In this document: in pieces, positions 1-12,620 of the stretch
How positions within the stretch are numbered: position 1 is the first letter of the stretch
How the letters are laid out: every line of letters starts with the position of its first letter
NCBI RefSeq assembly: GCF_009914755.1
Contig: NC_060932.1
Length of the DNA: 64,000 nucleotides
Reading direction: 5' to 3' (one strand)
From: the human T2T-CHM13v2.0 reference genome, Homo sapiens
Position numbers and translations under genes: made by a program
Notes under the pieces: generated by a model
Seen by the model: the letters and a program-made list of their open reading frames with translations, nothing else
Database searches by the model: none
What the model was told of the DNA's origin: nothing

Positions 1-102
1 GGCATCATTGATTGTTATCTCTTACTGTCTTTCTCTCTTTGTTTTGGCAATGACTTGTATACAATTCAACCACAATTCTTTTCTATTGTCATAGTTAAGT
101 AA

Positions 103-313
103 GATGGGCTTTCAAATAAGAATGATTTTGTTACCCAAGAATATCTGGAAATGTCTGGGGACATTTTTGGGTATTGTTAATGGTTGAGTTGCTATTGGCA
201 TCTAGTGTGAAAGACAATGGATACTGCAAAAAAACCCTGCCTTGCCTAGGACATCTTCCCTCTAAGAATTATCTGCTCCAAAATGTCAATTTTGTCTAGG
301 TTGAGAAACCCTG
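103..313 (+). mobile_element. MER20 hAT-Charlie DNA transposon fossil
   Basis: Matches the recalled MER20 consensus: tggaaatgtctggggacatttttgg...gctattggcatctagtg...aagaattatctgctccaaaatgtcaat...aggttgagaaaccctg. Confidence 0.85.
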
Positions 314-949
314 GCCCCATTAACATAGATGACTATAATGGGGTCTAAAAGTCAGATTTCTTTAGCTTCATGTCTCCCATGTGTCTTTTTATGTTGTCAA
401 AAGTGAGCCTTTATAATTCCTAAAATCTGTCTTGTCTCCCTTCAGTGTTTTTATCTGCACTTTATTTTTTCCATTTTACTTACAGCTTCTATACTTTTCT
501 ATTTGATTTTTATTCCCAGGAGTTTTTTCTCAGAATAAGTGATCGTCTTGGGAATTATAGTTTACAAATCCCCTCATAACTTGGGCTGCTTTTATTCAAT
601 TGAATTGCAGAGACTTCCATAAGCATTTGTGATCCTTTATTCTGAAGTACACTACTTACTAAAAATCTGTCAGTTCTTCAGTTGTCAAGACCCTCAGAAG
701 TTGCTGCCTTCCTACTACTTCATCTACTTAGTTGCTGATACATCATGGGTCACCTCACTGTTGAATGTTTCAAGTGTATACATTGTCATTTATTTTGTTT
801 ACATGTTATATATGACATTTTAAACTAGTGGTTCAATTTCTATACTGAGCATCAGTTTTTCCATTTTCTAAAATTCTAAATTTTACAAATATTTAATTTT
901 TCAATTTATTATTGAGCATTGTTGAATTTTGTTTGATCATGTATGTATT

Positions 950-1700
950 AAAATAAGTTGTCAGTTTAAGTTTTTAAACTTACAGACATAACTGTGTTTC
1001 TGTTTTTCTTTGAAGATCTTTTTATCTATCCCTCATTTTTAGATATACCTCTCTATTACTTTTTAATAACTGTTTTGTTTTCTATAAATTAAATTCATCA
1101 AAATATAATCCTCAAAGAAACAACATTTGATTATATAATTCTGGTCTTATTTTTATCTTTTTCTTACTTCTATTTTCTTTCATTTGCTCTTATGGTCTTC
1201 TAAATTATTTGGTTAAATATTTTGTTTACCAACTTGTAGCTCTTTGATTCTCATATATAAGAATTAGCTTAAATTGTTTGTTTTACATAATGCTTTAGGT
1301 GAATCCCATTAGTTTGGACAGTTTTATTAACTTTTAAATTAACTCTCAACTAATTGTATTTTAGTTATGTAATTTTTGTTTTGTACCCTTTCAATTTTCT
1401 ATCAACTTTTGTTTCATTTGAACTTGAAAATTATTTTTTAAATTTATTGTGTAAATGTTTGTGTATATGTGTGTGTGTATATCAAGCTTATTTATATCTT
1501 TAAAATTTTTTTTATTTTTATCAAACTATCAGTTTCATCAATCAGTTGTTCCGAGATATTTTTAAATTTTCACAAATGCACATGGATTTATCAATTTCTC
1601 CAATTTCCTGCAGTTTTATCTTATGTAATTTGGGGTTATTTTTATAAGCATATTAAGTTGTTATACCTTCTCACTACATTAAACTCTTTATCAATGGGTA
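950..1700 (-). mobile_element. Highly decayed ancient L1M fragment (antisense)
   Basis: T-rich tract with weak L1 ORF2 antisense similarity (tgctttaggtgaatcccattagtttgg); boundaries approximate. Confidence 0.4.
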
Positions 1701-1719
1701 GGTACTCTCCATATCCCTC

Positions 1720-1967
1720 AAAAGGAGATGTGAAGATGGAGGTAGAAATTGGGGTGATGTGGTCACAAAACAAGAATTACTGGCAGCCACCAGAAGATGT
1801 CAAAGACAAGGAACAGGTTCTCTCCTAGAACCTCCAGAGGGAGTGTGGCCCTGACAGCACCTTAGCTTCAACTTTCAGGCCTCCAGATCTGTGAGGCAAA
1901 CATTTTGGCTGTTTTATGCCACCAAGTTTGTAGCAATTTATTGTAGCAGTCTTAGGAAAGAAATACA
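1720..1967 (+). mobile_element. MLT1 (MaLR, MLT1B/C-like) LTR 3' part
   Basis: ggcagccaccagaag...ttctctcctagaacctccagagggagtgtggccctg...gccaccaagtttgtagcaatttattgtagcagtcttaggaaagaaataca, a typical MLT1 3' half. Confidence 0.85.
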
Positions 1968-3157
1968 CCTGCACTCCCACAAAAAATTTGCATTATGTTT
2001 GAGAGTGTGCATCATATTCTATTCAATTCTTAATCTCAACATTATGGCTTATAACAGAGCCCACATCTTGTTCATAATACATAAATTTTAAATAAGATAA
2101 TTAAAGCATGTGAAAACATAGGCTTTTCAAATTAGCGCCATCTGGTTCAAATAGAATTTGGAAATAATTCTCTCTGACTCTGAATCAGTTTTTTAAAATT
2201 TCTATATTTTGCAAATCCTTATTAAGTAAACTACTGTGTGCTGGCTGTATATCCCAAAGTGGATTATGATAAAAACTAGAGTATCTATTTATTGTTTCCA
2301 AGATACTTTTAGTTAGTACTCCAGAAAGACGCAGTTTGGTTGTTTTTTATATAAAACTTCTCTAAATTTTTTTCCTTTGACAATTTATTATCTAAAATGG
2401 TATTATGTTAAGATACGTACTATTCCTATAATAATTCAACAACCACACTAATATAATTTTAAATATAACCTTAGGTATAACTTCATGTAATTCTTTCATG
2501 ATTTTTATCAAATTACCCTTAAAATAGTATAAAACTTCTACAAATTCAGGTATATATTATGCACCCACTGTGTAATTTTTAACATTAAGCCTTTTTACAC
2601 TATTAGAGTGTGATATTGGAATCTTATTTTATAAAAACTCTTATTGTTTTCTAAATTTTATTAAAAGTCTTATTGTTTTATTTTTTAAACTCATGTTTAC
2701 TTAGATAAGTTTATTTATTAAACTCTTATTGTTTTATTAAAACTCTTATTATTTTCTAAATTTACTATATATTTGCATCAAATTATTGCAAGAATATATT
2801 ATTTCATCCTAATGTGCTCTTCTTAGTGCTATCATACTTTCTGAACTATAAGAAGAGAAATATCTGTTTAATTATGATCATTGCAACTAAGAAATACTCC
2901 TGAAAAGATGTTCTAGCATGTAGTGTTAAATCTTCATAGCAATCATGATGATTTGTTGCATTTGTTACTTATTACACTTCTGCCACCTTCAATCCCTCAA
3001 TATTATAGGCAATGTAGACTAAGAAAGATATTAATTTTAAAATCTTCAGCCATTTGTTCATTTTATGAAGGAACATTACATTCACTATAAAAGGAAGACT
3101 GTAATAATTTATAAATAGAGTAATAAAACAATAATATTTTTTTAAAAATGGGACAGA

Positions 3158-4574
3158 ACACCTGGCCAGAGCAATCAGGCAAGAAAAAGTAAATGAGGGC
3201 ATCCAAACAGGAAGACAGGTAAGTCTAACTGTCCTTGTTTGCAGATGACATGTTTCTATAGCTAGAAAACTCCATAGCCTTGGCTCAAATGCTTCTTCAG
3301 CTGATAACCAACTTTAGCAAAGTTTCAGGATACAAAATTAATGTACAAAAATCACCAGCATTCCTATACAACAACAACAGCCAAGCCAAGAGCTAAATCA
3401 GAAATGAAATCCCATTCACAATTGCCAGGAAAAGAATAAAATATCTAGGAAAACAACTTACCAGGGAGGTGAAAGATCTCTACAATGAGAATTACAAAAC
3501 ACTGCTCAAAGAAATCAGTTATGACAGATACAAATGGAAAAACATTTGAGGCTCATGGACAGGAAAAATCAGTATTATTAAAATGGCCATACTGTCCAAA
3601 GCAATTGATAGATTCAATGCTATTCCTACTAAACTACCAACAACATCCTTCACAGAACTAGAAGAACTATTTTAAAATTCATATAGAACCAAAAAAGAGC
3701 CTGAATAGTCACGGCAATCCGAAACAAAAAGAGCAAAGCTGGAGGCATCACGATACCTGACAACGCCATTCAAAAGTGGGCAAAGGAGATGAACAGACAC
3801 TTTTCAAAAGAACATATACACACAGTCAACAATCATATAAAAACATGCTCAATATCACTGATCATTAGAGAAATGCAAATCAAAACCACAATGGTATCTC
3901 ATTGAAAAAGCAACAGATGCTGGCAAGATTGCAGAGAAAAGGGAATACTTACATTTTATGGGTGGGAATACAGATTACTTCAGCCATTGTAGAAAGCAGT
4001 GCGGTGATTCCTTGACATAGCTACCCTTCAACCCAGCAATCCCATTACTGGTTTTAGTGGTTGTATACCCAAAGGAATATAAATCATTCTGCCACGAAGG
4101 TGCATGCATGTGAATGTTCATTGCAGCACTATTCATAACAGCAAAGATATGGAATCAACCTAAATGCCCATCAGCAGCAGACTGGATAAAGAAAATGTGT
4201 TACATATGTACCATGGTACACTATGCAGCCACAAGAAAGAAAAAAATCATGTCCTTTGCAGGAACATGGATGGAGCTGGAGGCCATTATCCTTAGCAAAC
4301 TAACACAGGAACAGAAACCACATATTCTCACTTATAAGTGGGGAGCTAAATGATGAGAATTCATGGACACAAAGTGAGGATCAACAGACAGTGAGGCCTA
4401 CTTGAGGTCAGAGGGTGAAAGGAGGGAGAGGAGCAGAAAAAATAACTATTGGGTACTAGGCTTAGTACCTAGACGACAAAATAATCTGTACAACAAACTC
4501 CAGTGACACAAATTTACCTACATATCAAAACTTCACATGTACCCCGAACCTAAAATAAAAGTTAAAATAAAAAG
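3158..4574 (+). mobile_element. 5'-truncated L1 (L1PA13-16-like) with internal deletion
   Basis: ORF2 RT/C-terminal sequence (ORF 4114-4353 [20 protein letters not shown]); older-type 3'UTR; A-tail; TSD aaatgggacaga at 3146-3157 and 4575-4586. Confidence 0.92.
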
Positions 4575-5742
4575 AAATGGGACAGAGCAAAGCATTTCTG
4601 GGGACTTTCACAGAAAATGTGAATTTTCACAGAAAATTCAGTAAGGCTAAATATATGTTTTTAGGTATAGTATTTGTTTTAGAAAGTTCTTTAATTTCTG
4701 ACAGAGCCCTTTAAATGTGTATATTTCAATGAAATTAAGGAAATTTCATACAAAGGTGATCATTAATAGTCTTTCTTTTTATACCTTCCTTCAAAACTTT
4801 TAGTAGGCAAGTTTTCAAGATTACACAATGATTACTTCCAGGATTCTTGATCAGCTTGTGGTGCAAAGAGCAATCATGGTTGGCAATATAATCTGTTGGA
4901 AGTACACTAATTTGGGGAATCTTTTGAAATATTTAATGTGTGTCAAATAAATCTGAGTCAGCTATATAAATTGTCTATATTATACAGGACTTTTTGATGC
5001 CTAGCTGCCTCAGTATTACTTATTAGTTTTCTCAGAAGAGAAGTGCCATCAAAAAAAGAAGCAAAGAAGAAAGAAGTAGTAAATGAGAGAGGAGGCATGA
5101 TTATAAATTGAATTGAATGTAAAATAAAATAATGTTATTTAATATTATGGTCCATGTACTGTTTTTTTGTGAATTGTATTCTCTTTGACTAGCTTTGTCA
5201 CAGTATTTCATTAGATTATGTATTCATAAAGAATTGTATTTTAAAATTATACATTTAATTATCTAACATTGGTTTTAAAAATCACATAAAATTATGTCTT
5301 TAAATTCCAAAAGCCTGAAATAAGTCAGTTTTTTAAAAAAGTTCACAAACTAAAAAAAAAAGTTACTAAACACTTGTATAAGTGGAAACATGACAACTTT
5401 CTGGCTCAGTTTATTTGAAATAGTATGATGTTAACTCACTTTTTCCCAATGCTCTGTGTATATTTATGCTGTGTATAATTAAATATATATTTTATTTATT
5501 TAATTAAGCCAAAAAGACTTGCTGGATCAATGGGGTACACTTTTTGAAGTCTCAACTAAAACATTCTCAAGGTAATGCATGAGAGTGACTAATATATACG
5601 TGCATATATATTATGTATCATGTATCATGCATCAAACATTGATCCACTGCTCTTTAAAGTTGTTCAATTTTTATTTTTCCTATTGCTTTCTTTAAATTGA
5701 GAACATAATAAATTGAGCTCCAAATTAGTTATAATCATTCTA

Positions 5743-5915
5743 AAGTCAGGCTGAATTTATTGACATGAGACCCTAAGCAGAGATTCTAGAATTCATCTTT
5801 TACCTTGAGGGGTTGAAAGAGCAAACATGTTCTAAACTAAGGGAAATTAAAATGCTAAAAGTAATTTGGTATAATGTACAAGAAGGAAGAGAGTAGAGAT
5901 AGTGCAATTTATAAT
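5743..5915 (+). repeat. Near-identical dispersed copy of ERVL-internal segment 7404-7577
   Basis: Direct comparison over ~173 bp shows one substitution (gcagaGattct vs gcagaAattct) and one T difference near the 3' end. Confidence 0.95.
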
Positions 5916-6159
5916 TGCAGCAATTAAAACTTTGCAAGATTAAATTTACTCGAGAATAACATTCAGCCTTGTCTTGTCGCTGATCTATTGTTTTACAAAT
6001 CAATTCGACATACACATTAAAATATCTTACTGCTTTAGAAGACTATGAATAATATACGTGTATACAATTACACAAAATGGTTTTTAAAATGTGTTAATTT
6101 ACTAGGCTTCAGCCCACACTTATTCAAAGACTAATACTGTTATTTTTTAGAAGTGATTG

Positions 6160-6446
6160 GAGTCCATGGCCAATTGACATTAAGGAAAGGGAATTGTCCT
6201 AGATAATCTTGGATGGCCTGGTTCAATCAGCCGAAAACCTTAGGAGCAGAACTGGGGCTTCCTGAAAAAGCTATTCATCTATGAACATCAGCTTTAGCTT
6301 GTGCCCAAGAGTCCTTAATGTCCTGCACTAGAGATTTAAGACTTGCCTGGCCAGATCCACAATGAAGAAAGCCAATCTACTGCAACAAACATCTTAGTGT
6401 ACTTCTTACTCATTTCTGACTCTCTGGTTGAACTTTGACTGATATA
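6160..6446 (+). mobile_element. MLT2 (MLT2E/F-like) 5' LTR of an ERVL provirus
   Basis: ggttcaatcagccgaaaaccttaggagcagaactggggcttcctg...ctctggttgaactttgactgatata, followed directly by aattttggtacc (ERVL internal start/PBS region); 5' boundary approximate. Confidence 0.75.
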
Positions 6447-8770
6447 AATTTTGGTACCTGAAATAGTTGTAGAGGAACAGAGGCCTAAGGCTCAATTTAC
6501 TGAATTTGTTCTGGGATGTCTGGAATTAGTTATCCAATCTAATTAGATTTAAAGGCACTATTGACTCTGTCTCCAGACTCTATCACATGTGACATAATGT
6601 GACAATAATACATGAAATATTTGTATTGGATAGTCCTAATCAATTACCTCTAGAAGGCAAGTTTCTGCAATACCATGTATTTACTAGCTTAGAACATTTT
6701 GCTCAAATGAAGGAGTATGAGTTTGGCTGGCTGCCCCTAACTTTGCTCGAGAAAGCAGGTAATTAAAAGTATGTTCAGGGCTTCATATTTCCAAATTAAA
6801 CTCTGTATTAATGACTTAGAATATTCTCTACTTGCCCAAACACAAAATAAAATGCAACAAGAACCTTTATCACATGTACCTGTATCATAGACATTTCCGA
6901 AAACAATAGTTTCATTTGGTGAATAGCTGAATTACAACATAAATTGAATTCCTACCCTAACCCCACAAGGTAGATTCTGTTAAAGTGGAAGCATTGATTG
7001 AGAAGGAATGGGATTATGGAAATTGAAATAGGAGATGTGGGAAGATCCTAATGAAGGTGGGAACACTGGACTCATGAACTCTGCTAAGTGTTTTTGCCAG
7101 TAAAAGCAGCCATTCTTTCCTTGCTTGAGTGGGTTAGCCCATTCCACAAGGTAGTTGCCTTATCAGCCACTGCTGATGTTTCTCAGTACCTGTTTCTAAC
7201 ACCTCTCTGTGATTTTAGATGTAAAGCTAACTCAAGTCTCAGCAGGCCCCAAAGAGTAAGGTACAAAGTGAGATCCATGAGGAAATACACTACCCACCCA
7301 AATAACTAAATATTTTAAAAAATGTACACAGAATAAGATCTGAGAAATATGTTTGGGAATGAATCTTAAGAATGTCGATTCAAGGAGGAAAGAATATAAA
7401 GTTAAGTCAGGCTGAATTTATTGACATGAGACCCTAAGCAGAAATTCTAGAATTCATCTTTTACCTTGAGGGGTTGAAAGAGCAAACATGTTCTAAACTA
7501 AGGGAAATTAAAATGCTAAAAGTAATTTGGTATAATGTACAAGAAGGAAGAGAGTAGAGATAGTGCAATTTTATAATGGATTTATCATACTGATTTGCTC
7601 AATTACCCTGGAACAAGCCTATGACACACCTTTCACCTTTTACCATGACTGTGAGAAATAAATTTGTAAGGGAAGTCTTGAATGTTCTTATTTGTAGGTC
7701 AGAAATTAGAGTAGATACTTCTGTTGCCAAACTGTGACCTCAAGACTCAATGGAAATAATGACAGCCCAGGGCAGCAGTGGCCTCATGACTGCAGTTAAT
7801 TGCCAAAGACAAGGTGGACCTGGTTAACGGACCTCAGGTTAATGGAACCTGAGGAGTATTCAGAAAACTTTGACTTGCAGTGACTTATGCTATGGGCTAG
7901 TTAATCACGGTGTACTTAGAAAATGAATAGATGGGCAGTCTATTAAAGTCTTATTTGACCCGTGTAAGAGGGAAACTTCTAGGTTTAGTGAATAGAGGTC
8001 TAATTTGAAGTACCAAAAAAGATATTCATGACCTATCAATCAATTCTAAAATATGAACCAATTTTCAGGACACTTCTACACCACGAAAAATGTGTACTGC
8101 TTGTTTTTTTACCATCTTTTTCCAAATGGACCTATGGATGTTTACTAGGGTAATGATGCAATGGAAAAGGGGAAATAATCAAACATTTTGGAGATTACTG
8201 GAGACTGGATCTGAAATGACACACTCTTTCCTGAAGACCCAAATTGTTACTGTAGTCTACCAGAGTTGAGAAATTATGGCGATTGTGGAATTTTTGCTTA
8301 GATCTATCTCACAGTGGACCAATGTATCCACGAACCCATTTGATGTTATTTTTCCAGTTCTAGAATGTAAAATTGGAATAGACATACTCAGCAACTGGCA
8401 CAGTCCACACATTGGTTCCCTGACCTGTATATTGAGAGCTATTATGGTAGAAAAGTTTAAGTATAAGCCAATATAATTGCCTCTACCCCAACATATAATA
8501 AACTGAAAGCAATAATGCATTTTTGGCGGTATTGCAAAGATTAGTGCCACCATCACAGACTTGAAAGATGCAGGCATGGTGATTTCCATAGAGCCTTATT
8601 CAAGTCATGTATTTGGCATACTCAGAAAACAAATGGATCTTGGAGAAGGGGACAGTGGATTATTGTAAATGTTCAAATTGCAGTTGCTTTTGCAGATGTG
8701 CTTTCATTACTTGAGCAAATTAACACATCTCCTGTTACCTTGTATGCCGCTATTGATGGAGCAAATGCTG

Positions 8771-9362
8771 TATGGAAATAAGTAATTCAAAATGTAAGCT
8801 GTTGAAACTTTAAAATATTTTCAGCCTTGGGGAAATGTGATTAGGGGAGACTCACATCAGGCAGCTGTAACATAGGTAGCTATCTATAACCTATGTTTCT
8901 CTTTATAGATTAGACTTCTTCCTTACCTACATGGTTTTATAAAATGTTGTAAATGACTAAAGATCACCAAGGAAGACTATGTCTCTCTTTACTGTTGATC
9001 TTCATTATAGATTAATTTCCCTCTTACCTTTCTCACAAAAAACAATTCATGACTATCACAATATATTAGATGGAATGTTAAATATACTCTTTTAAATTGA
9101 AATGGAAAAACAAGCTGTATGGAAAAGGAAGCAAACTATAACTAATTAAATCGTTGTAACTCATAAACCAGCCTTGAATAAAGAGTTATAATCCTACTAA
9201 ACTTGATTTCCTGACTATATAAGCAAGACTATAACTTTTAATATCTGAGAACTGACTCCATTTCTTTGGAGTCTGTGATCTTTGGATGGCTATTCCTAGA
9301 TTTTCATTTGAATAAACTATTCAAAACTGGATTCTGACCCTTTTGATTATTTCAGGTTGACA
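8771..9362 (+). mobile_element. Solo ERV1-class LTR (MER67-like) inserted in ERVL pol
   Basis: aataagtaattcaaaatgtaagctgttgaaactttaaaatattttcagcctt...gaataaac...ttcaggttgaca; the host RT sequence resumes on both sides; imperfect 4-bp TSD gctg/gcta. Confidence 0.7.
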
Positions 9363-9812
9363 GCTATTTGTTCTGCACCTGTTAATGAAGACCACCAGAG
9401 GAGTTTACTTTCAGTTGGCAAGGAGAGCAAAATACCTTCACGGTCACATCAGAAGTATCTTAGCTTTCCAGATAAGCTATGTTATAATTTAGTCAGCAGG
9501 GACCTTGATCCCCTTTCCCTTCCATGAGACATCACACTGGTTCATTAAATTGATGATATTATGTTGATTGTTAGTGATCAGGAAGTAGAAAACTACACAC
9601 TTGAATAGACATTTGTGTGTCACAAGGTGGGAAATAAATCCCACAAAGATTCAGTGGCCTTTCACCCCAGAGAAATTTCTAAGGTTACAGTGGCATGAGC
9701 ATGTGACGTTATCCTGTCCAAGGCAAAGAACGAGTTTGTTGTATCTGGCCCCTGCTGCCACACACAAAATGAAGCTTAATTCTTATTGAGCCTCTTAGAA
9801 TTTTGAAGGCAG

Positions 9813-10508
9813 TGTTAGCAGTGGTGAATTCCTACAGGTCGGCCCCAACTTGATTTTTGCCTCATCGAAAGAAAGACTTCAGCCAAGGAGCATAAGGCAG
9901 GGTAAGACACTGAGGCCAGTTGCAGAGCAGGAGTGAAATGTATGACAAGTTTTAGAGCAAGATGAAAAAACTGAAGTATACTTGGAAGAGGGCTAATAGG
10001 GTGACTTGAGAGATCCAGTGCTTGGTTTGACCTTCGACTGGGGGTCTTATACATTGACATGCTTCCAGGGTTGTGCTACTTCTCCCCTGATTCACCTCTT
10101 GGGATGGGCTGTTTACATGGGCAGTGGCCTGCCAGCACTTGGGAGGGGTCACATGCACAGTGTGTTTACCGAAGTTGTGCACATGTTCACTTGAGGTGTT
10201 TTTCCTTTACCAGGCGAGTGTTTCTAGAGGAAGTTCCCTTACCTGTTAAACTGCCATTTTGCCTCTTAGTGTGCATGCTTGAAGCTGCTCGCCCATCTCC
10301 TGAGATCGTATTGAGAAGCTGCTGGTCACCAGCTTCAAATATTTTCTATCTATTGAGAGATTGCCTTTCCTGGCACCGGATGCGACTGATTATCATTTTA
10401 GAGATACAATGTAACAACCACCTGATCATCACTTCATGTTTGCCTGACATTCCTTGGGGGCAGGTCTCTCCTGTCCCACTCATGTCTGCCTAGCTACCTA
10501 CTCTAACA
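9813..10508 (-). mobile_element. MER50-like solo LTR inserted in ERVL pol
   Basis: Termini tgttag...ctctaaca; the reverse complement starts tgttagagtaggtagctaggcagacatgag, as in MER50; ERVL pol resumes at 10509. Confidence 0.8.
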
Positions 10509-10719
10509 GAAACAAATTTCTCATTTGGGTCTACTACTATGGTCCATTTACTGATTTGCCGTAGAAATAGCTGGTTTTGAGTAGAGCCCAGAACAAAAGA
10601 AAGCTCTGCAGCACATACAGGTTGTCATGTTGACAGATTTTCTTAAATGTCTAAAGCAGAAAGAAAAAGAAAAACCAACTAAACAACCAAACAAAGACAG
10701 AAAAATTAAAAAAGAGAAA

Positions 10720-11850
<1,131 letters not shown>

Positions 11851-11889
11851 TAATACTATTCCTTTTTGTACTAACTGTTGAAATCAGGT

Positions 11890-12620
11890 AATGTAAGTTC
11901 TCTAACTTTTTAAAAAAGCCTTTGTACTTTTCTGTGTCTTGTTTTCTCATATATATTTTAGAATTGGCTTGTCATTTTGCGAAAAATTCTAGTCAGACTT
12001 CAATAGAGAATGCATTAGATCAATAGATCAAGAATTGTCATCTTAAAATTAGTTAGCTTTCAAATGCATGAACATAATGTTCTCCATTAATTAAGTCTGT
12101 TCAAATTTCTCCCAGGAAAGTTTTGTAGTTTTCTGTATATACCTTTTGCATTTTGCTGTTGTTGTTGTTAAACGTATTTCTAAGCAGGTTTTTTTTGGTG
12201 CTATACGTATATGCTTGGTTTGCTAATTTCATTTTTGGATTATTACTAGTATGTAGAAATACATTTGATGTTTATATGTTGATCTTTACTCAGAGTCATT
12301 GATGAGCTTATTAGTTTTCATAAATTGTTTCATGAAATCCTTAAAATTTTCTAGATACAGGTTCATATTACCTGTGAATAAAACATTTTTAACCCAGATG
12401 TCCTTTAATCTCTTTATCTTGCCGGTTTGCTCAACTGCACTGGCTAGAATTTAATGTACCACTTTGAGTAACAGAGGACATTCTTGCCATATTCCTGATC
12501 GTAAGGAAAAATCATGTAGTTTTTCACCATTGAATATGATACTAGTTGTAGATCTTTATAGATATTTTTCAGTTGAAGGAGTTCCCTTCTGTTCTTTGTT
12601 GAGAGTTTGTTGAGCTATTT
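11890..12620 (-). mobile_element. Old L1M ORF2 fragment
   Basis: agaggacattcttgccatattcctgatc...ttttcaccattgaatatgatactag...gttgaaggagttcccttct matches antisense L1 RT region. Confidence 0.75.

Larger units (their letters stand above)
6447..10630 (+). pseudogene. ERVL internal region (decayed gag, protease, 5' pol/RT), 3'-truncated, interrupted by two LTRs
   Basis: Protease-like ttactggagactggatctgaaatgaca near 8195-8220; ORF 8276-8476 ECKIGIDILSNW; RT-like gctattgat..gcaaatgct, attgatgatattatg (IDDI) and ORF 9601 WEINPTKIQ; many stops and frameshifts. Confidence 0.85.

Noticed and set aside
2634-2763. CRISPR-like repeat-spacer array
   Set aside because: Irregular spacing, degenerate AT-rich repeats, eukaryotic context and no cas genes
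10059-10493. 144-aa ORF inside the ERVL region as a retroviral gene
   Set aside because: It lies antisense within the MER50-like LTR and has no retroviral protein motifs
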